Assembly (NCBI GenBank): GCA_951406725.2
Contig: OX597842.1
Location: 4,526,001-4,590,000 of the forward strand
Direction: 5' to 3'
Length of the DNA stretch: 64,000 nucleotides
DNA from: Octopus vulgaris
Lineage: Eukaryota
The first letter of the stretch is position 1, and each line of letters begins with the position of its first letter. Shown here piece by piece: positions 13,081-27,024 of the stretch. Below the pieces are notes generated by a model that made no database searches, was not told where the DNA came from, and saw only the letters and a program-made list of their open reading frames with translations. The translations under genes and the position numbers were made by a program.

Positions 13081-14211
13081 TAGAAAATTTTATTGATATA
13101 ACTAATAACTCTTAGTGGGATTTCTATAAGGATATGCAGAGGTAGGCAGTTTAGTAGTTAGTGTTGCATTCATGATCGTAAGAATGTGGTTTCAATTCCT
13201 AGACTCAGTGATGTGTTGTGTTCTTGAGCAAAACACTTTATTTTATGTTACTCAAGTCTAATCAGCTGACAAAAGTGAATAATCCTGCAACAGACTGGTG
13301 TCCCATCCAGAAGAGGAATATATATATACCACAGAATCTGGGAAGCCAGCCTTTTAGCTCAGGAAGGACCTTTGATTCCCCACCCTTTTTCTTTCTTTCT
13401 TTGGAAGTAGTTGATTAGATTGATAAATCCAGAAATAAATTCATGTCTGTTGTGGTTGAAAGAACCATTAAAGAAGAGAATTAGATCCTTTCCAATTCTG
13501 TTCATAGCAGAAGAGTGATACATAGTCATGGCGAACAGGCCACAACCTTTCAAGATTCCTTTCTAAATTGAAAATCCCTAAGTTGAAGCAGTGTAAATAG
13601 ACTTACCAATTCAGTGACCCCTGCAGTGCTAGCAGGTTTTTCTCTTTTTTTCTTTCTTATAAATGTTGTCATCAAAGTTCATCACTGTTTTCCACACATG
13701 AGAAACATTGCTTTTGAAATCTGAACTTACAAAAATTTTCCCTTTTTTGGTAAATTCAATTTACTTATATTTACAATATATTCCTCGTCATCAATGTTGG
13801 CTTCATTTTTACACCTGCTTTTTCCTTGCTGGCATCAGCTCAGCAAATGTATCAACCCCAGAACTTATTTTCTTTTTAGGGCTGGTACTTATTCTATCAC
13901 TCACTTTCACCAAATTAATAAGTTATGGGGATGTAGATATACCAACACCGGGTGTCAAGTATAGTTGGGGATGATCACAGACAGAAAAACATAAACACAC
14001 ATATACATGATGGGTTTCTTTCGTTTAGGTCTACCAGATCCACTCACAAGGCCTTGGTCAGCCCAAGGCTATAGTAGAAGACACTTGCCCAAGGTGCCAT
14101 GCAGTGGGACTGAACCTGGAACTATGCAGTTGGGATGCAAATTCTTACCTATATATACATACAAAATATGTATGTGTGTATATACAAAGGCTGTGAAGAT
14201 TTTAGAACATT

Positions 14212-14631
14212 TATAAATAGAAGGTCTTACAGCTACATCCCTTCATCAGAGACGGTGTGAGAGGATGGTTAAGTAATAGTTATTCTATATAAGATACGAA
14301 ATATAGAATGAGGAATGAAAATAGATGTGAGATATGTAGGGATATTGCATTTGTAGATCCATTATTTAAGCAGAATGGTATATATATATATGATTCCAAT
14401 ATCTTGTGCGTAAACAGGGTAATGGAATCTTATATGTATACCATTCTGCCTAAATAATGGATATACAAATACAATATCCCTGCATATCTCACATCTATTT
14501 TCATTCCTCCACCTCACTCTATATTTCGTATCTTATCTAAATTAACTATTGCTTAACCATTCTCTCATACCATCTCCGATGAAGGGATATAATAAATATC
14601 CCAGAAACAGCTGTAAGACCTTCTATTTATA
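14212..14631. repeat. Fold-back palindrome with arms of about 190 bp carrying hammerhead-like motifs
   Basis: Arms 14212-14398 and about 14421-14631 are reverse complements; a partial copy lies at 43345-43445. Confidence 0.9.
14572..14619 (+). ncRNA. Minimal type I hammerhead ribozyme-like motif (U4C)
   Basis: atct CCGATGA a GGGATA taataaa TATCCC a GAAA CAGCTG TA agac: core, stem II, GAAA, palindromic stem III, GUA triplet, stem I. Confidence 0.7.
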
Positions 14632-14633
14632 TA

Positions 14634-14679
<46 letters not shown>

Positions 14680-15461
14680 GAGCTTCTTTCAGTTGCTATC
14701 TGCCATATACACTCTTAACATTTTGGTCGGACTAAGGCACTTGCCCAAGTTGCCATACAGTGGGACTGAACTTGGAAACATATGGCTGGGAAGCAAGCCC
14801 TCTTATCACAGAGCCACATCTGTGCCTACACATATATTCACATATACACACAAGTGTGTGTGTGTGTGTGTATATATATATAGATAGACACATATATAGA
14901 CACATATATATATATCATCATCATCATTTAACGTCAAATTAGATACGGAGTTTAAGTTTGAATCTTTTGAGCCCTACTAATAGGTAACTAGGTACATACT
15001 AACAAACAACAGTCCCTGTGTATCAAGTTTCCCTCACAAACACTGGAGAGCCCAAAGCTACATGAGAACCCAGTGGGATGAGAAGACACCGAAACCATGG
15101 GTACACCAGATAAAATCCTTAACTTCCCAGTCATGCCCACACCTTCCAAATATCTTTACGACATGACTCATCACTATTTTACTTAATTGGCAGGAAAAAA
15201 TACGAAGAAATTAATTAGGCTTGATTACTGTTTGTGTTGGTTTTTCGTGAGTCTTTTGTACGATATCACCACCATCCTTCTGTGGAAAAAAAAGACATGA
15301 ATTGTTATTGTTATTGTTGGTGTCGTTATCATTGATTGTCTTTGTTGTTGCTGTTGTTGTTGTTGTACTTTAGAAAATTACCTTATTTATTCTATTATTT
15401 TTAATTAATGATTCACTTTATAGAAATACCTTCATTAAAAATTTATTATTACTATTGAATT

Positions 15462-15492
<31 letters not shown>

Positions 15493-16620
15493 CATTAAGG
15501 CAGCGAGCAGGTAGAATCATTAGCCCAGTGTGCTAAATGCTTAGCAGTATTTTGTATGTAGCTATGTTCTGAGTTCAAATTACTCCAAGGTCGACTTTGC
15601 CTTTCATCCTTTCAGGGTCAATAAATTAAGTACCATTCAAGTACTGAGGTCAATGTAATCAAGTGCCCCCCTCCCCACAAAAATCCAGGCCTTGTGCCTA
15701 TAGTAGAAAGGATTATTATTATTGTGTTATCAATGATGATGAAGCAATGATTATGGTTTCAAATTTTGGCATAGGTCCTGCAAGTTCAGGGGAAGGGCCC
15801 AGTTCAGGGGAAGGACCCAGTACTCAGCTGGTACTTATTTTATCAACCTCAAAAGGATGAAAGGCCAAGTGGACCACAACAGAATTTGAACTCAGTGCAT
15901 AAAGACAGATGAAATGCCACTAAGCATTTTTCCCAGGGCACCAATGTCCTTTCTGCTGAAGGGGCTAATAATGATAATAATAATAATGACAGTAATAATT
16001 ATGGTTTCAAATTTTGATACAAAGCCAGCAAGATCAGAGAACGGGATAAGTCGATATAAACAACCCCAGTGTTTAACTGGTACTTATTTCATTGACGCCC
16101 CAAAGGATGAAGGGGCTAAGTCAGCCTCAGTGAAATTTGAACTCAGAAAGTAAAGAGGGCTGAAATGTTGCAAAACATTTTGCTTGATATGCCAGAGACT
16201 CAAGGCTGGATTTGTTGTAGGAGAAAGCTTTGATTATAACAGTTCAAGTACTCCATTTGTACTTTATTATTATTATTATTATTATTAATATTTCAAAGCT
16301 GTTGCATGCTACTTCAGCAAGCAGGGACGTTTGCTAACAACACATCTCAAATCTCAAGAATCTTCTCAGGATTCTTGCAGAGAATAGGATGGTATTTTTG
16401 GAAGATCAACAAGCTGAGTCTGAATTTCAATCTCTTCAAGAGTAGTTTGGGTGTTGTACCAAGGGTATTCAGCTCACGAATACCCTTGGTTCCCTGTAGT
16501 AATGTTGTGTCCTTGAGCAAGACACTTCATTTCACTTTGTTCCAGTCCACTCAACTGGCAAAAATGAGTCGTACCTGTAATTCACAGGGTCACTTTGTCA
16601 CATTCAGTGTCACACTGAAT

Positions 16621-16920
16621 CATCATCATCATCATTATCATCGTTTAACGTCTGCTTTCCATGCTAGCATGGTTTGGATGAATGACTGAGGGCTGGCAAA
16701 CCAGATGGCTGCACCAGGCTCCAGTCTGATCTTGCAGAGTTTCTACAGCTGGATGCCCCTCCTAATGCCAACCACTCCGAGAGTGTAGTGGGTGCTTTTA
16801 CGTGCCACCAGCACGGGGCCAGTTAGGCAGTACTGGCAATGACCTCGCTCAAATCTTTTACACATGCCACCAGCACAGGTGCCAGTAAGGTGATGCTGGT
16901 AACGATCACACTCAAGGGTA
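16621..16920 (-). mobile_element. RTE 3'-UTR fragment with (GAT)n tail, inserted in another SINE
   Basis: Reverse complement of 51400-51703. Similar fragments at 17625-17862, 21130-21300, 25655-25725, 30955-31290, 45717-46080, 58802-58855. Confidence 0.8.
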
Positions 16921-17987
16921 CATGTGTCTGTGGAGCTCTCAGCCTCTTGCACATGAATTTCACGAGTAGGCTATTCCATTGATTGGGTCAAGTGGAACCC
17001 TCATCGACATAACTGACAGAGTGCCAATGTCCTTGAGCAAGACACTTTATTTCACATTGCTCCAGTCCACTCAGTGAACAAAATTGACTTACACCTGTAC
17101 TGCAAAGGGCTCACTGTGTCACATTCTGTATCACGCTGAATCTCCCTGAGAAGCACACTGAGGATATGCATGTCTGTGGAGTACTCAGCTCCTTACACAT
17201 GAATTCCACAAGAAGACTATTCCATTGACATGTTCAGCTGGAGCATTTATCATTGTAACTGACAGAATGCCAGTTGGTGGGTGTGGTGCCCAGTGCACTA
17301 ATTACCACAGGAATAATCATCTTGTTAATCTTCCAAAATCTTTTAGTCTTTCTGTCTGGGTCCTGATATTTGTCAAATCTTTTTCAATTCCTTTGACATG
17401 AAGAAAGTTTCTTCTGATCTTTACATTCTGAGTTCAGATTCCACAAAAACCTACTTAGCCTTTAATCATTCCTGGCTTTGATAAAATAAAGTAGAAGATT
17501 AGAACAGATGTTAAAACAATCGACTGTACACCACCAACAACAGCAACAACAAACTTAATGAGTTGGATTTCATATTTATTCTGTTTTGCACTGCTCTGCT
17601 CTTAGGCAAATACCCAGAATGCAACATCATCATCATCATTTAACGTCCGTTTTCCATGCTAGCATGGGTTGGATGGTTCAACCGGGGTCTGGTAAGCCAT
17701 GGAGGCTGCACCAGGCTCTAGTCTGATTTGGCAGTGTTTCTACAACTGGATGCCCTTCCTAATGCCAACCACTCCATGAGTGTAGTGGGTGTTTTTTACG
17801 TGCCACCGGCACACAGGGGCCAGAGCAGGCTGGCAAACGGCCACGATCGGATGGTGCTTTTACATACATATGGGTACATATATACATGTGCATGAGTGTG
17901 TGTGTGTGTATGTATATATATATATATATATCTATATATACACACATACACACTCACACATGCACATATACACACATACACATATAT

Positions 17988-18152
17988 AGGCGCAGGTATG
18001 ACTGTGTTAAGAAGCTTGCTTCCCAACCACATGGTTCTGGGTTCAGTCTCACTGCATGGCACCTTCAGCAAGTGTCTTCTACTATAGCTTTGGCCCAACC
18101 TAGCCTTGTCAGTAGATTTGGTAGATGGAAACTGAAAGAAGCCCATTGTCTC

Positions 18153-18231
<79 letters not shown>

Positions 18232-18456
18232 ATGTATATGTATAAAGTATGTATGTATTTGTATGTTTGTGTTTCTACGCCCACCATCACTTGACAATCC
18301 CTGTAACTTAGTGTACATCCCTGTAACCTAGTGGTTTGGCAAAAAGACACTGATAGAATAAGTACTAGGCTCACAAAGAATAAGTGCTGTGGACGATTTG
18401 TTCAACTAAATGCGGTGTTCCAGCATGGCCACAGTCAAATGACTGAAACAAGTAAA
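17988..18456 (+). mobile_element. Full-length SINE family B
   Basis: aggcgcaggtatgactgtgttaag...gggttcagtctc...(TA)n(TG)n...gactgaaacaagtaaa. Other copies at 13850-14140(-), 27530-27860(+), 40878-41150(-), 55659-55822(+). Confidence 0.85.
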
Positions 18457-18571
18457 TGAATAATGGAAAGTATATATATGGGTGTATATATATATATATA
18501 TATATATATTATTTACATTATTTCAGTATATACATTGGACAGAGATGTGTCCTCATCTTGTTTGTTGTTAC

Positions 18572-18613
18572 CACAACGTTTCATCTGATTTACTCTCCAC
18601 CCTTCATCAGGTG
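18572..18613 (-). ncRNA. Degenerate minimal hammerhead-like motif
   Basis: Reverse complement cac CTGATGA agggtggagagtaaatcagat GAAA CG TT gtg; stem II is eroded. Confidence 0.5.
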
Positions 18614-19294
18614 CCGTGGTAGAATTTTGAACCCAACCCTGGGTTCTCATTCCTAAGGTATATATTATACGTATATATAAATGAAAAATATATATACCTA
18701 TATATAAATGAAAAATGCATTAGATACTAGCAAACATACATGCAGGACAGACATATTGACCCTAATTCTTCTTTAGTTATCGACAAAAAATACTAATACC
18801 CAGATTCATGCCTTTAATAATAAGCCTGGAAAGTCCATATCTCAGCGGCATTCACAAGATTTCTGTAGGATTAGAGCTTGAGCAAAGAAAACAATAGAGA
18901 GTGGACATATGAAAGTAAGTAAATAACAATAATTAAAGGCTTACGGCCAAACACACGTTTGATGGATTAATGCCTGGAAGAAATCCTCAAATGGATATCA
19001 AAACAGAATTAGTAAGAGAGGAGAAAAAAAGTTGACCAGTATGCTAGGGGTTTGGTGATGTGGGCAGCAGAGAGAAGGGAAGGAGGATGGGAGAGAGGAA
19101 GTAGGGATGCTGCTAGAAAAGGAATATTAGGAGTAGAGAAAAAGAAAGAAAGACGCAAAATAGATATACAAACTTCCTGCTAACAAAAGTTGGGATGTAT
19201 GGTGTTCAGTTATTCCCTAAATGAAAATGCATTTATTGCTAAAAAAAAGTGTACATGCATGACATATATATATATATAATATATATAGTTTCCC

Positions 19295-20845
19295 TCTGAC
19301 TATCTATTCCATGACTTTGCTGGTGTGTAAAGTCAGAGAGATAGGCCTATAGGTTTTGGCAACTGGTCTGCTTCCCTCTTTATGGATTGGGCATAATATT
19401 CCCTCCTTCAGTTTGCTTGGCAGTTTGCCATTTGCAAGATAGCTCTGGAAGAGAATTTGGAGGGATTTCGCCAGGGCATGCTTACATAATTTGGGGAGGA
19501 TTGCTGGGAAACCATCAGGACCAGCAGTTGAGTTTGTGTCCACTTCATCTATGGCTAGTAGTATATCTTCTTTGCTAATATCAATGTAATCCACCGTAAC
19601 TGCCCCACTGGTTATAGGTGAAGCGGCAAAGACGTCCACTGGTTCGTTCACTTGTTTGTGTTACAACAGGGTGGTAAAGACAGTTTTGAACTGGTCATTC
19701 TTGAGAACATCAGACCTTCGGGCCATTTGATGTTGGGGAAGTTGAAATCACCCATAAGAAATATGGTCACATGGTGTTCCAGATTCATGAGGATTTCTTT
19801 AATTCTTGTGAGCCAATCTTCAAACTTGCCTATGTGGTTTGGAGCATCTGGTGGGTAATATGTATTGCATATGACTATATTATGTTGTCTTATGTATACA
19901 ATTAGAGAGTCACATGCCGAATTTGAGTATGACAGTGAGTCCTGGAGTGTGAGGTCATCATGGATGTATACAGCAACTTTCCACCATGGCTCCTTTTCCT
20001 TCTGTCTGTTTGCAGTATGGTATAGTTTGGTATGTGTACTTCTGCATCCTCTATATCAGGGCTGAGGTGGGTTTCCACAAGTGCTATGATTAGGGCTTGA
20101 TTGCATGCAGCAAGATCTCTCAGGAAAGAAATTTTGCTTTTATTTTGATGCAACAGGCCCCCAATATTTAGTAAAAGTATGGGCGTGATGACCGTGCAGG
20201 CATTAGTGGAGGCCGTCCTGTGTCTGTTGACTGTGGTGGGCAAGGTTCCTTGTTTGTGCATGTTGTAGCAAGGTCAGCTGCTGCACAATCTTTTGCGCCA
20301 TGTACAAAATAGACTCTTGCTCAGCTGTCACGTTGTGCATAACATCTAAAGAGTGCACTTCTTTTGTAAATTTTTTCCTTGGAGAAATTGGTTGTCTTTT
20401 CTCAGGGAAGTTTTTCTCCTTAAGGTCCCTGTAGTTTTGGTGGGGTGTCGGGTGGGCAAACCGGCAGTTTTTGCTGTCTTCCCCATGCCAACATTTGCCC
20501 TGCAGGTAAAATTTGCAGGTTCTTGAGTGCCTTCCAAATTTCTTCTTTCCTGTAGGGTTTTGGATGGCATTAAATCCTCCATGAGGTTTTCTGTTTTTTT
20601 GTTTGGTGGGTTGGGGTTTGTGTCATTTTTGCCTTTTCCTTTTTCTTCCTTTTCTTGTGGTGGGAACTTTTTCCTGTGGTTGTCCCATGGGGTGAGGGTT
20701 CCATTCCTTTGTAGGACCACTGGCACAGTGGGGCTTCTAGTTACTGCTTCCTTGGCTCCCCTTTCCTTTTCTGCCTGCTCATTCACAGGGGTAAGTGATC
20801 CATTCCTTTGAGGAACCACTGGATCAAAGAGACATAAATGCATAT
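19295..20845 (-). pseudogene. CR1/L2-like LINE remnant: ORF1 CCCH finger, APE endonuclease, start of RT
   Basis: Minus strand CKFYLQGKCWHGEDSKNCRFAHP; LLLNIGGL, IIALVETHL, FLMGDFNFP; NSTAGPDGFP...CPIHKEGSR..KTYRPISLTLHTSKVME. Frameshifted and internally deleted. Confidence 0.85.
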
Positions 20846-21345
20846 TAGCGACAGTACTAATACATTTCTACTCAAGGCACAAGGCCTGAAATTTTTGCAG
20901 ATAAGTGACCAATTGATTACATCGACCGCCAGTGATTCACTAATACTTAATTTATCGACCCCAAAAGGATGAAAGGCAAAGTCGACCTCGGTGGAATTTA
21001 AAATCAGAATGTAAAGAAAGACAAAATGCCATTGAGCATTTTGTCAGGTGTGCTAACGATTCTGCCAGCTCGCTGCCTTGAAATGTGTGTATATTTCCAT
21101 CTATATATATATATATACATATATATATATCATCATCATCATCATTTAGTGTCCGTTTTCCATGCTAGCATGGGTTGGACGGTTCAACTGGGGTCTGTGA
21201 AGCTGGAAGGCTTCATCAGGCCCAGTCAGATCTGGCAGTGTTTCTATGGCTGGATGCCCTTCCTAACGCCAACCACTCCGTGAGTGTAGTGGGTGCTTTT
21301 ATATATATATATATATATATATACAATGTGTGTATATATATAGGT

Positions 21346-21385
<40 letters not shown>

Positions 21386-21476
21386 TGTGTATATATATAT
21401 ATAGGTAGATATATATAGATAGATATATGAATAAATGTGTATATATATACATCTATATATTCACACACACACACAC

Positions 21477-21520
<44 letters not shown>

Positions 21521-21714
21521 CATATATAGGTTATAAGGGGTAATGGTGTCATTGAGACCCAAAGGTGTCAGATAATGCTGAATAAGTGCTATAGATAGAC
21601 CATAGTTAAGTTCCAGGTTCGGTGATTTTGTGAATAAAGGGTTCAACATTGGTTCTATGTCAGCGTGTGTATATAAGAATTTTTTGCATAATGGGATAAA
21701 AAATTCTTATATAT

Positions 21715-21753
<39 letters not shown>

Positions 21754-21852
21754 TGTATGTATGTATATGGAAGCCAACTGTGGCAACGATCTCACTCGGA
21801 TGGTGCTGTTAGCGCTCCACTAGCATGTATGCCAGTCATATATATATATATG

Positions 21853-21908
<56 letters not shown>

Positions 21909-21911
21909 CAC

Positions 21912-21942
<31 letters not shown>

Positions 21943-21947
21943 CCCAC

Positions 21948-22039
<92 letters not shown>

Positions 22040-22193
22040 GTGTGTGTGTATATTTGTGTGTCTGTGTCTCCCCAACATCGCTTGGCAATTGACACTGGTG
22101 TGTTTACATCTCCGTAACTTAGCAGTTTGGCAAAAGACACCGATAGAATATGTACTAGGTGTGCAGAGAATAAGTTCTGGTGTCGATACATAT

Positions 22194-22226
<33 letters not shown>

Positions 22227-22244
22227 GTGTGAGTGTGTGTGTGT

Positions 22245-22295
<51 letters not shown>

Positions 22296-23334
22296 AATGT
22301 CCATATATATATATGTATGTATGTATGTATGTGTATACAAATACTTACTTGGAAATAGATGCGTGGCTTTCAATTAAATAATATATATATTATTTATATT
22401 ATTCTTTAAATGAATGCTACGCATCCATTCCCAGGTAAGTTTATCTTAACCTTTTTGATGCGACTCTACTCTATACTGTTTTCTACTCTAATTCTCTTTG
22501 TCTCCCCTTCACCGTTTTCTATCTGTCTCTCTCTCCCCTCTTTGTTTTTTTCTCTCTCTTGTTGCTCACACATGACCATCATCCATCTTTCTTTTTCTGC
22601 ACGGACGTTCTACAGACTAGACGTCTTCTATGTCTCTCTTCTATCTTTTCTCTTTTCAAAGAAACTATTTCTTCAAGTGATCACAATTGTTTCCCTCGTT
22701 CTGGTCTAACGAACCTTCATGTTTGTTCTCGTTCAATTTCCTTGTATGTCTACATTGCCCGTTGAAATCCAAAAGAATCGTGTTGTCGTTGAATGCTTGA
22801 AAATAGGAGTAGACAGACAGCTAACAACTGATGACGGGTCGTTCTTTGTGTTACTTCTCCTGTTTTCAATCTTTTCTTTCGTCGTTTGCATATTTAACTC
22901 ATTTGTTTTCTTATTTCATGTTGTTAACAGTTGGTAGATATTCACACATATATATATATTCATATATAGATAAAGGGTGAAATATAATTAATTTAATAAA
23001 ATCAACAAATTTCACCAAGTAGTATTTCGGTATGGAAATGAATCTTTGATTCTAATCCAGAAACGTGCATCCATAATTGACCGTGGACTGTTTGATTTCG
23101 TTATTTTTCTTCTTTTTTTGCCACATAATGAGTTACAAATACTGTTGCCTGTGGAGACATATTTTTGTAGTAAAAGGAAATGGCAGTCATCAAGCTGCTA
23201 TTTCTAATACATTCAGTATATGGTCTAGCAACTTGTTGCAAAGACCCTCATCGTTATAATTATATTCATATATATTTATATATGTGTGTATGTATATCTA
23301 TATGTGTATGTATATATATGTGTATGTATATATA

Positions 23335-23379
<45 letters not shown>

Positions 23380-23396
23380 ATGTATATGTGTATATA

Positions 23397-23430
<34 letters not shown>

Positions 23431-23697
23431 AAGGATAACTCCAACAGTTACGATGATGAGGGCCCCAGCTGATACGATCAATGGAACAGCTTTCTCATTT
23501 ATTAACATGCAAGTGGCTGACCACTCCACAGTCATGTGTACCGTTAATGTAGTTCTCAGTGAGATTCAGCATGACATAGAATGTGACAAGGCCGGCCCTC
23601 TTGAATTACAGGTACAGCTAATTTTTGCCAGCTGAATGGACTGGAGCAACATGAAATAAAGTGTCTTGCTCAAGGCCACAGCATGTCACCGGAGTTT

Positions 23698-23914
23698 TGT
23701 GTGGCAGACTTTGGACACGTGTGTGGGCCGAACGAGGCATCAGACTTTCCACCAAGTTGGCCGTCTACAGTGCAGTTGTCATCACCTCTCTGCTCTGAGG
23801 CAGTGGGACATGGACGCTGTATAGGAGACAAATGCGAGTACTTGACCAGTTCCCCCTCTGCTGCTTGTGACGAAGCATGGGAAATTCCTGTGAGGACAGT
23901 CTCCAACACTGAGA
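23698..23914 (+). pseudogene. RTE/BovB-like LINE C-terminal fragment
   Basis: [49 protein letters not shown], with stops. Confidence 0.75.
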
Positions 23915-24010
23915 TGCATATATATATATGTGTGTGTATGTATGTATGTATATATGTATTGATATATATATATATATATATAAAATGTATGTATATATAT
24001 GTATGTATGC

Positions 24011-24087
<77 letters not shown>

Positions 24088-24100
24088 GTATGTATGCATT

Positions 24101-24131
<31 letters not shown>

Positions 24132-24220
24132 GTATGTATGCATTTATATATATATATATGTATATATATGTATGTATGCATTTATATATATATATATGTA
24201 TATATATGTATGTATGCATT

Positions 24221-24251
<31 letters not shown>

Positions 24252-24260
24252 GTATGCATT

Positions 24261-24310
<50 letters not shown>

Positions 24311-24422
24311 TGTATATATATATATGTATGTATGTATTTATATATATATATATATGTATGTATTTATATATATATATATATATGTATGTATTTATATATA
24401 TATATATATGTATGTATGTATT

Positions 24423-24453
<31 letters not shown>

Positions 24454-24994
24454 TTATATATATATATATGTATGTATTTATATATATATATGTATGTATT
24501 TATATATATATTTTTTTTTTTTTTTTTTTTGTACTTGTTTCAGTCATTTGACTGCGGCCATGCTGGAGCACCGCCTTTAGAGTGGTGAAAGAGTACAGCA
24601 GGGATCACCACCTCCTGCCGGAGCCTCGTGGAGCTTTTAGGTGTTTTTTCGCTCAATAAACACACACAACGCCCGGTCTGGGAATCGAAACCGCGATCCT
24701 CCGACCGCAAGTCCGCTGCCCTAACCACTAGGCCATTGCGCCTCCATACATATATGTATGTATGTATGTATGTATTTATATATATATATATATATATGTA
24801 TGTATATATATATATATATGTACTTATATGTATGTATGTATATATATGTGTGTGTGTATGTATGTATTTACATATGTGTGTGTGTGTGTGTGTATGTATG
24901 TATTTATGTGTATGTATATATATATATATATATATTACGGAGATGTACTCGCATAGCAAGTGATTTGATCTGAGATCGTGTGCTGGAACGAAAG

Positions 24995-25276
24995 CAATTG
25001 CAGCGTGGAAGGTGTTTATAAGCCATTTAAGAAACACACAAAAGCCGTTCGATTCACTTCAACATTTAAGTTTAATTTGTCAAAATATTTTCGTCGCTAA
25101 GATCCGCGACCTGTTCATTGACAAAATTCTGTGCTGCACGGATATTTGTCAGTGAACAGGTCGCGGTCTTATAGAGACGAAAATATTTTGACAAATTAAA
25201 CTTAAATGTTGAAGTGAATCGAACGGCTTTTGTGTGTTTCTTAAATGGCTTACAAACACCTTCCATGCTGCAATTG
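24995..25276. repeat. Near-perfect palindrome of about 280 bp containing two divergent hammerhead-like motifs
   Basis: caattgcagcgtggaaggtg...|...caccttccatgctgcaattg, centred at about 25135 with only a few mismatches. Confidence 0.95.
25145..25195 (+). ncRNA. Minimal type I hammerhead-like motif with G3-C8 variant core
   Basis: TTTGTCA GTGAACA g GTCGC ggtcttata GAGAC GAAA ATAT TT TGACAAA: 7-bp stem I, stem II, GAAA and palindromic stem III AATATT. Mirror copy at 25076-25125(-) has a perfect GTCGC/GCGAC stem II. Confidence 0.65.
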
Positions 25277-25724
25277 GTTGATTTATATATATATATATAT
25301 TGGAGCCTGGTGCAGCCATCTGGTTCGCCAGACCCTAGTCAAATCGTCCAAACCATGCCAGAATGGAAAGCAGACGTTAAAAGATGGTGATGATATACGT
25401 ACGTACGTATGTATGTATTTATGTGTATACATGTGTGTATAATTAAAATGATTTGCTTAAGTAAAGTGGATTATACCATAAAATGTTCTGGGGTCAATTC
25501 TTCAAAGTGGTGCCCTATCATGGCCGCAGTGTAATGACTGAAATAAGTAAAAGATAAAGATATAGATACTCACGCACACATACAAACACATATACATATA
25601 ATAATACATGCTCATTCATACATACACACATATCATGCATTTGGGTGTACATATCATCATCATCATCATCGTTTAACGTCTGTTCTCCATGCTAGCATGG
25701 GTTGGACGGTTCAACCAGGGATCT

Positions 25725-25770
<46 letters not shown>

Positions 25771-26856
25771 CTCACACATTCACAGATTGATAGTCATATT
25801 CATATATATATATAAATAAAAATACATGTATGTACATATATACTATATATTCATGAACATAGATCTCTGATGCATATACTAGCTTTTCCCCTTTCAACAC
25901 AACACCACCACCACCATCTCCTCAGCTGCCCCGTCGTACACATATCTGCATGTGACCCCTGTAGCTCTTCACCCTTCCTGGTTGCCTGTCTGTTGTTGTC
26001 CATCCTCCTGCAGGGCTTTTCCCTTCCTCACACTTCACCCCCTTTCTCTTTCACTATGTATATGTATATACATATATTGGTATGTCTTCAAAAATGTATG
26101 TGTATTCGTATGGATATGTGTAGATATTTATATAGACATGTATAGAAATTGCTCTATGTATGTATGTATATGTATATATATATATATACATGCATATATA
26201 TGTTATATATTATGATCTATAATACAATGTGAAATTATAATGAAAAATGAATATACATATATATGCATACAGACATACATACACACACACATACTCATAT
26301 ACATATATGCAAAGCACACTTCTGTATATTAACAGATATACATAAACATATATGGTGATGTGCATATGCATACATACAATTATAAGTATGTATATATATT
26401 TATATGTATATATATATTTATATATATCTATATATATATTTACATGGCTACATACATAAATATCTATATATTCATATTTTTACATCCATATTGTTTATAT
26501 ATGATTTTTGTGTGTGTATATACATGTGTGTGTATTGATATATATATATTATAGATATGTATGTATGTATATCTATGTATACATATATATCATATATAGT
26601 ATTCATATTTAATTACATATATATTCAAAGATATGTATATGCACACACACCCACATACATATATCATATATATATATATATATATACATATATATACATA
26701 TATAGATATATATATATATATATGACATAGACATGGATACTCCTACATGAACACGCACTCATCATACAACACACGATATATCAAACAAGAACACAACTGC
26801 TGCACCGAATGACCCTATGGCTATGACCCAACGACTTCTGTATTTGTATTCAACAG

Positions 26857-27024
26857 TGCAAGGAGCATGGTCCACCTGGTCGTCATGGTCGACCTGTAGC
26901 CCGGACTGCGTACACCACCGACGTAGGTCATGTGATAACCCGGAACCTACATATGGGGGTCAATATTGTGACGGCAGCGACTTGGATTCCAACAATTGTA
27001 CCAGTGGCATGTGTCGAGATGGAG
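26857..27024 (+). CDS. unc5: UNC5 netrin receptor exon: thrombospondin type-1 repeat (probably the second)
   Basis: caacAG|TG CAA GGA...GAT GGA G|GTATAT, 168 nt. Translates to VQGAWSTWSSWSTCSPDCVHHRRRSCDNPEPTYGGQYCDGSDLDSNNCTSGMCRDG, with the WxxWxxW, RxRxC and six-Cys TSP1 pattern. Confidence 0.93.

Noticed and set aside
22425-22445. Strong donor-like CAG|GTAAGT
   Set aside because: It lies within a repeat-like region with no convincing upstream acceptor or in-frame UNC5-like peptide.
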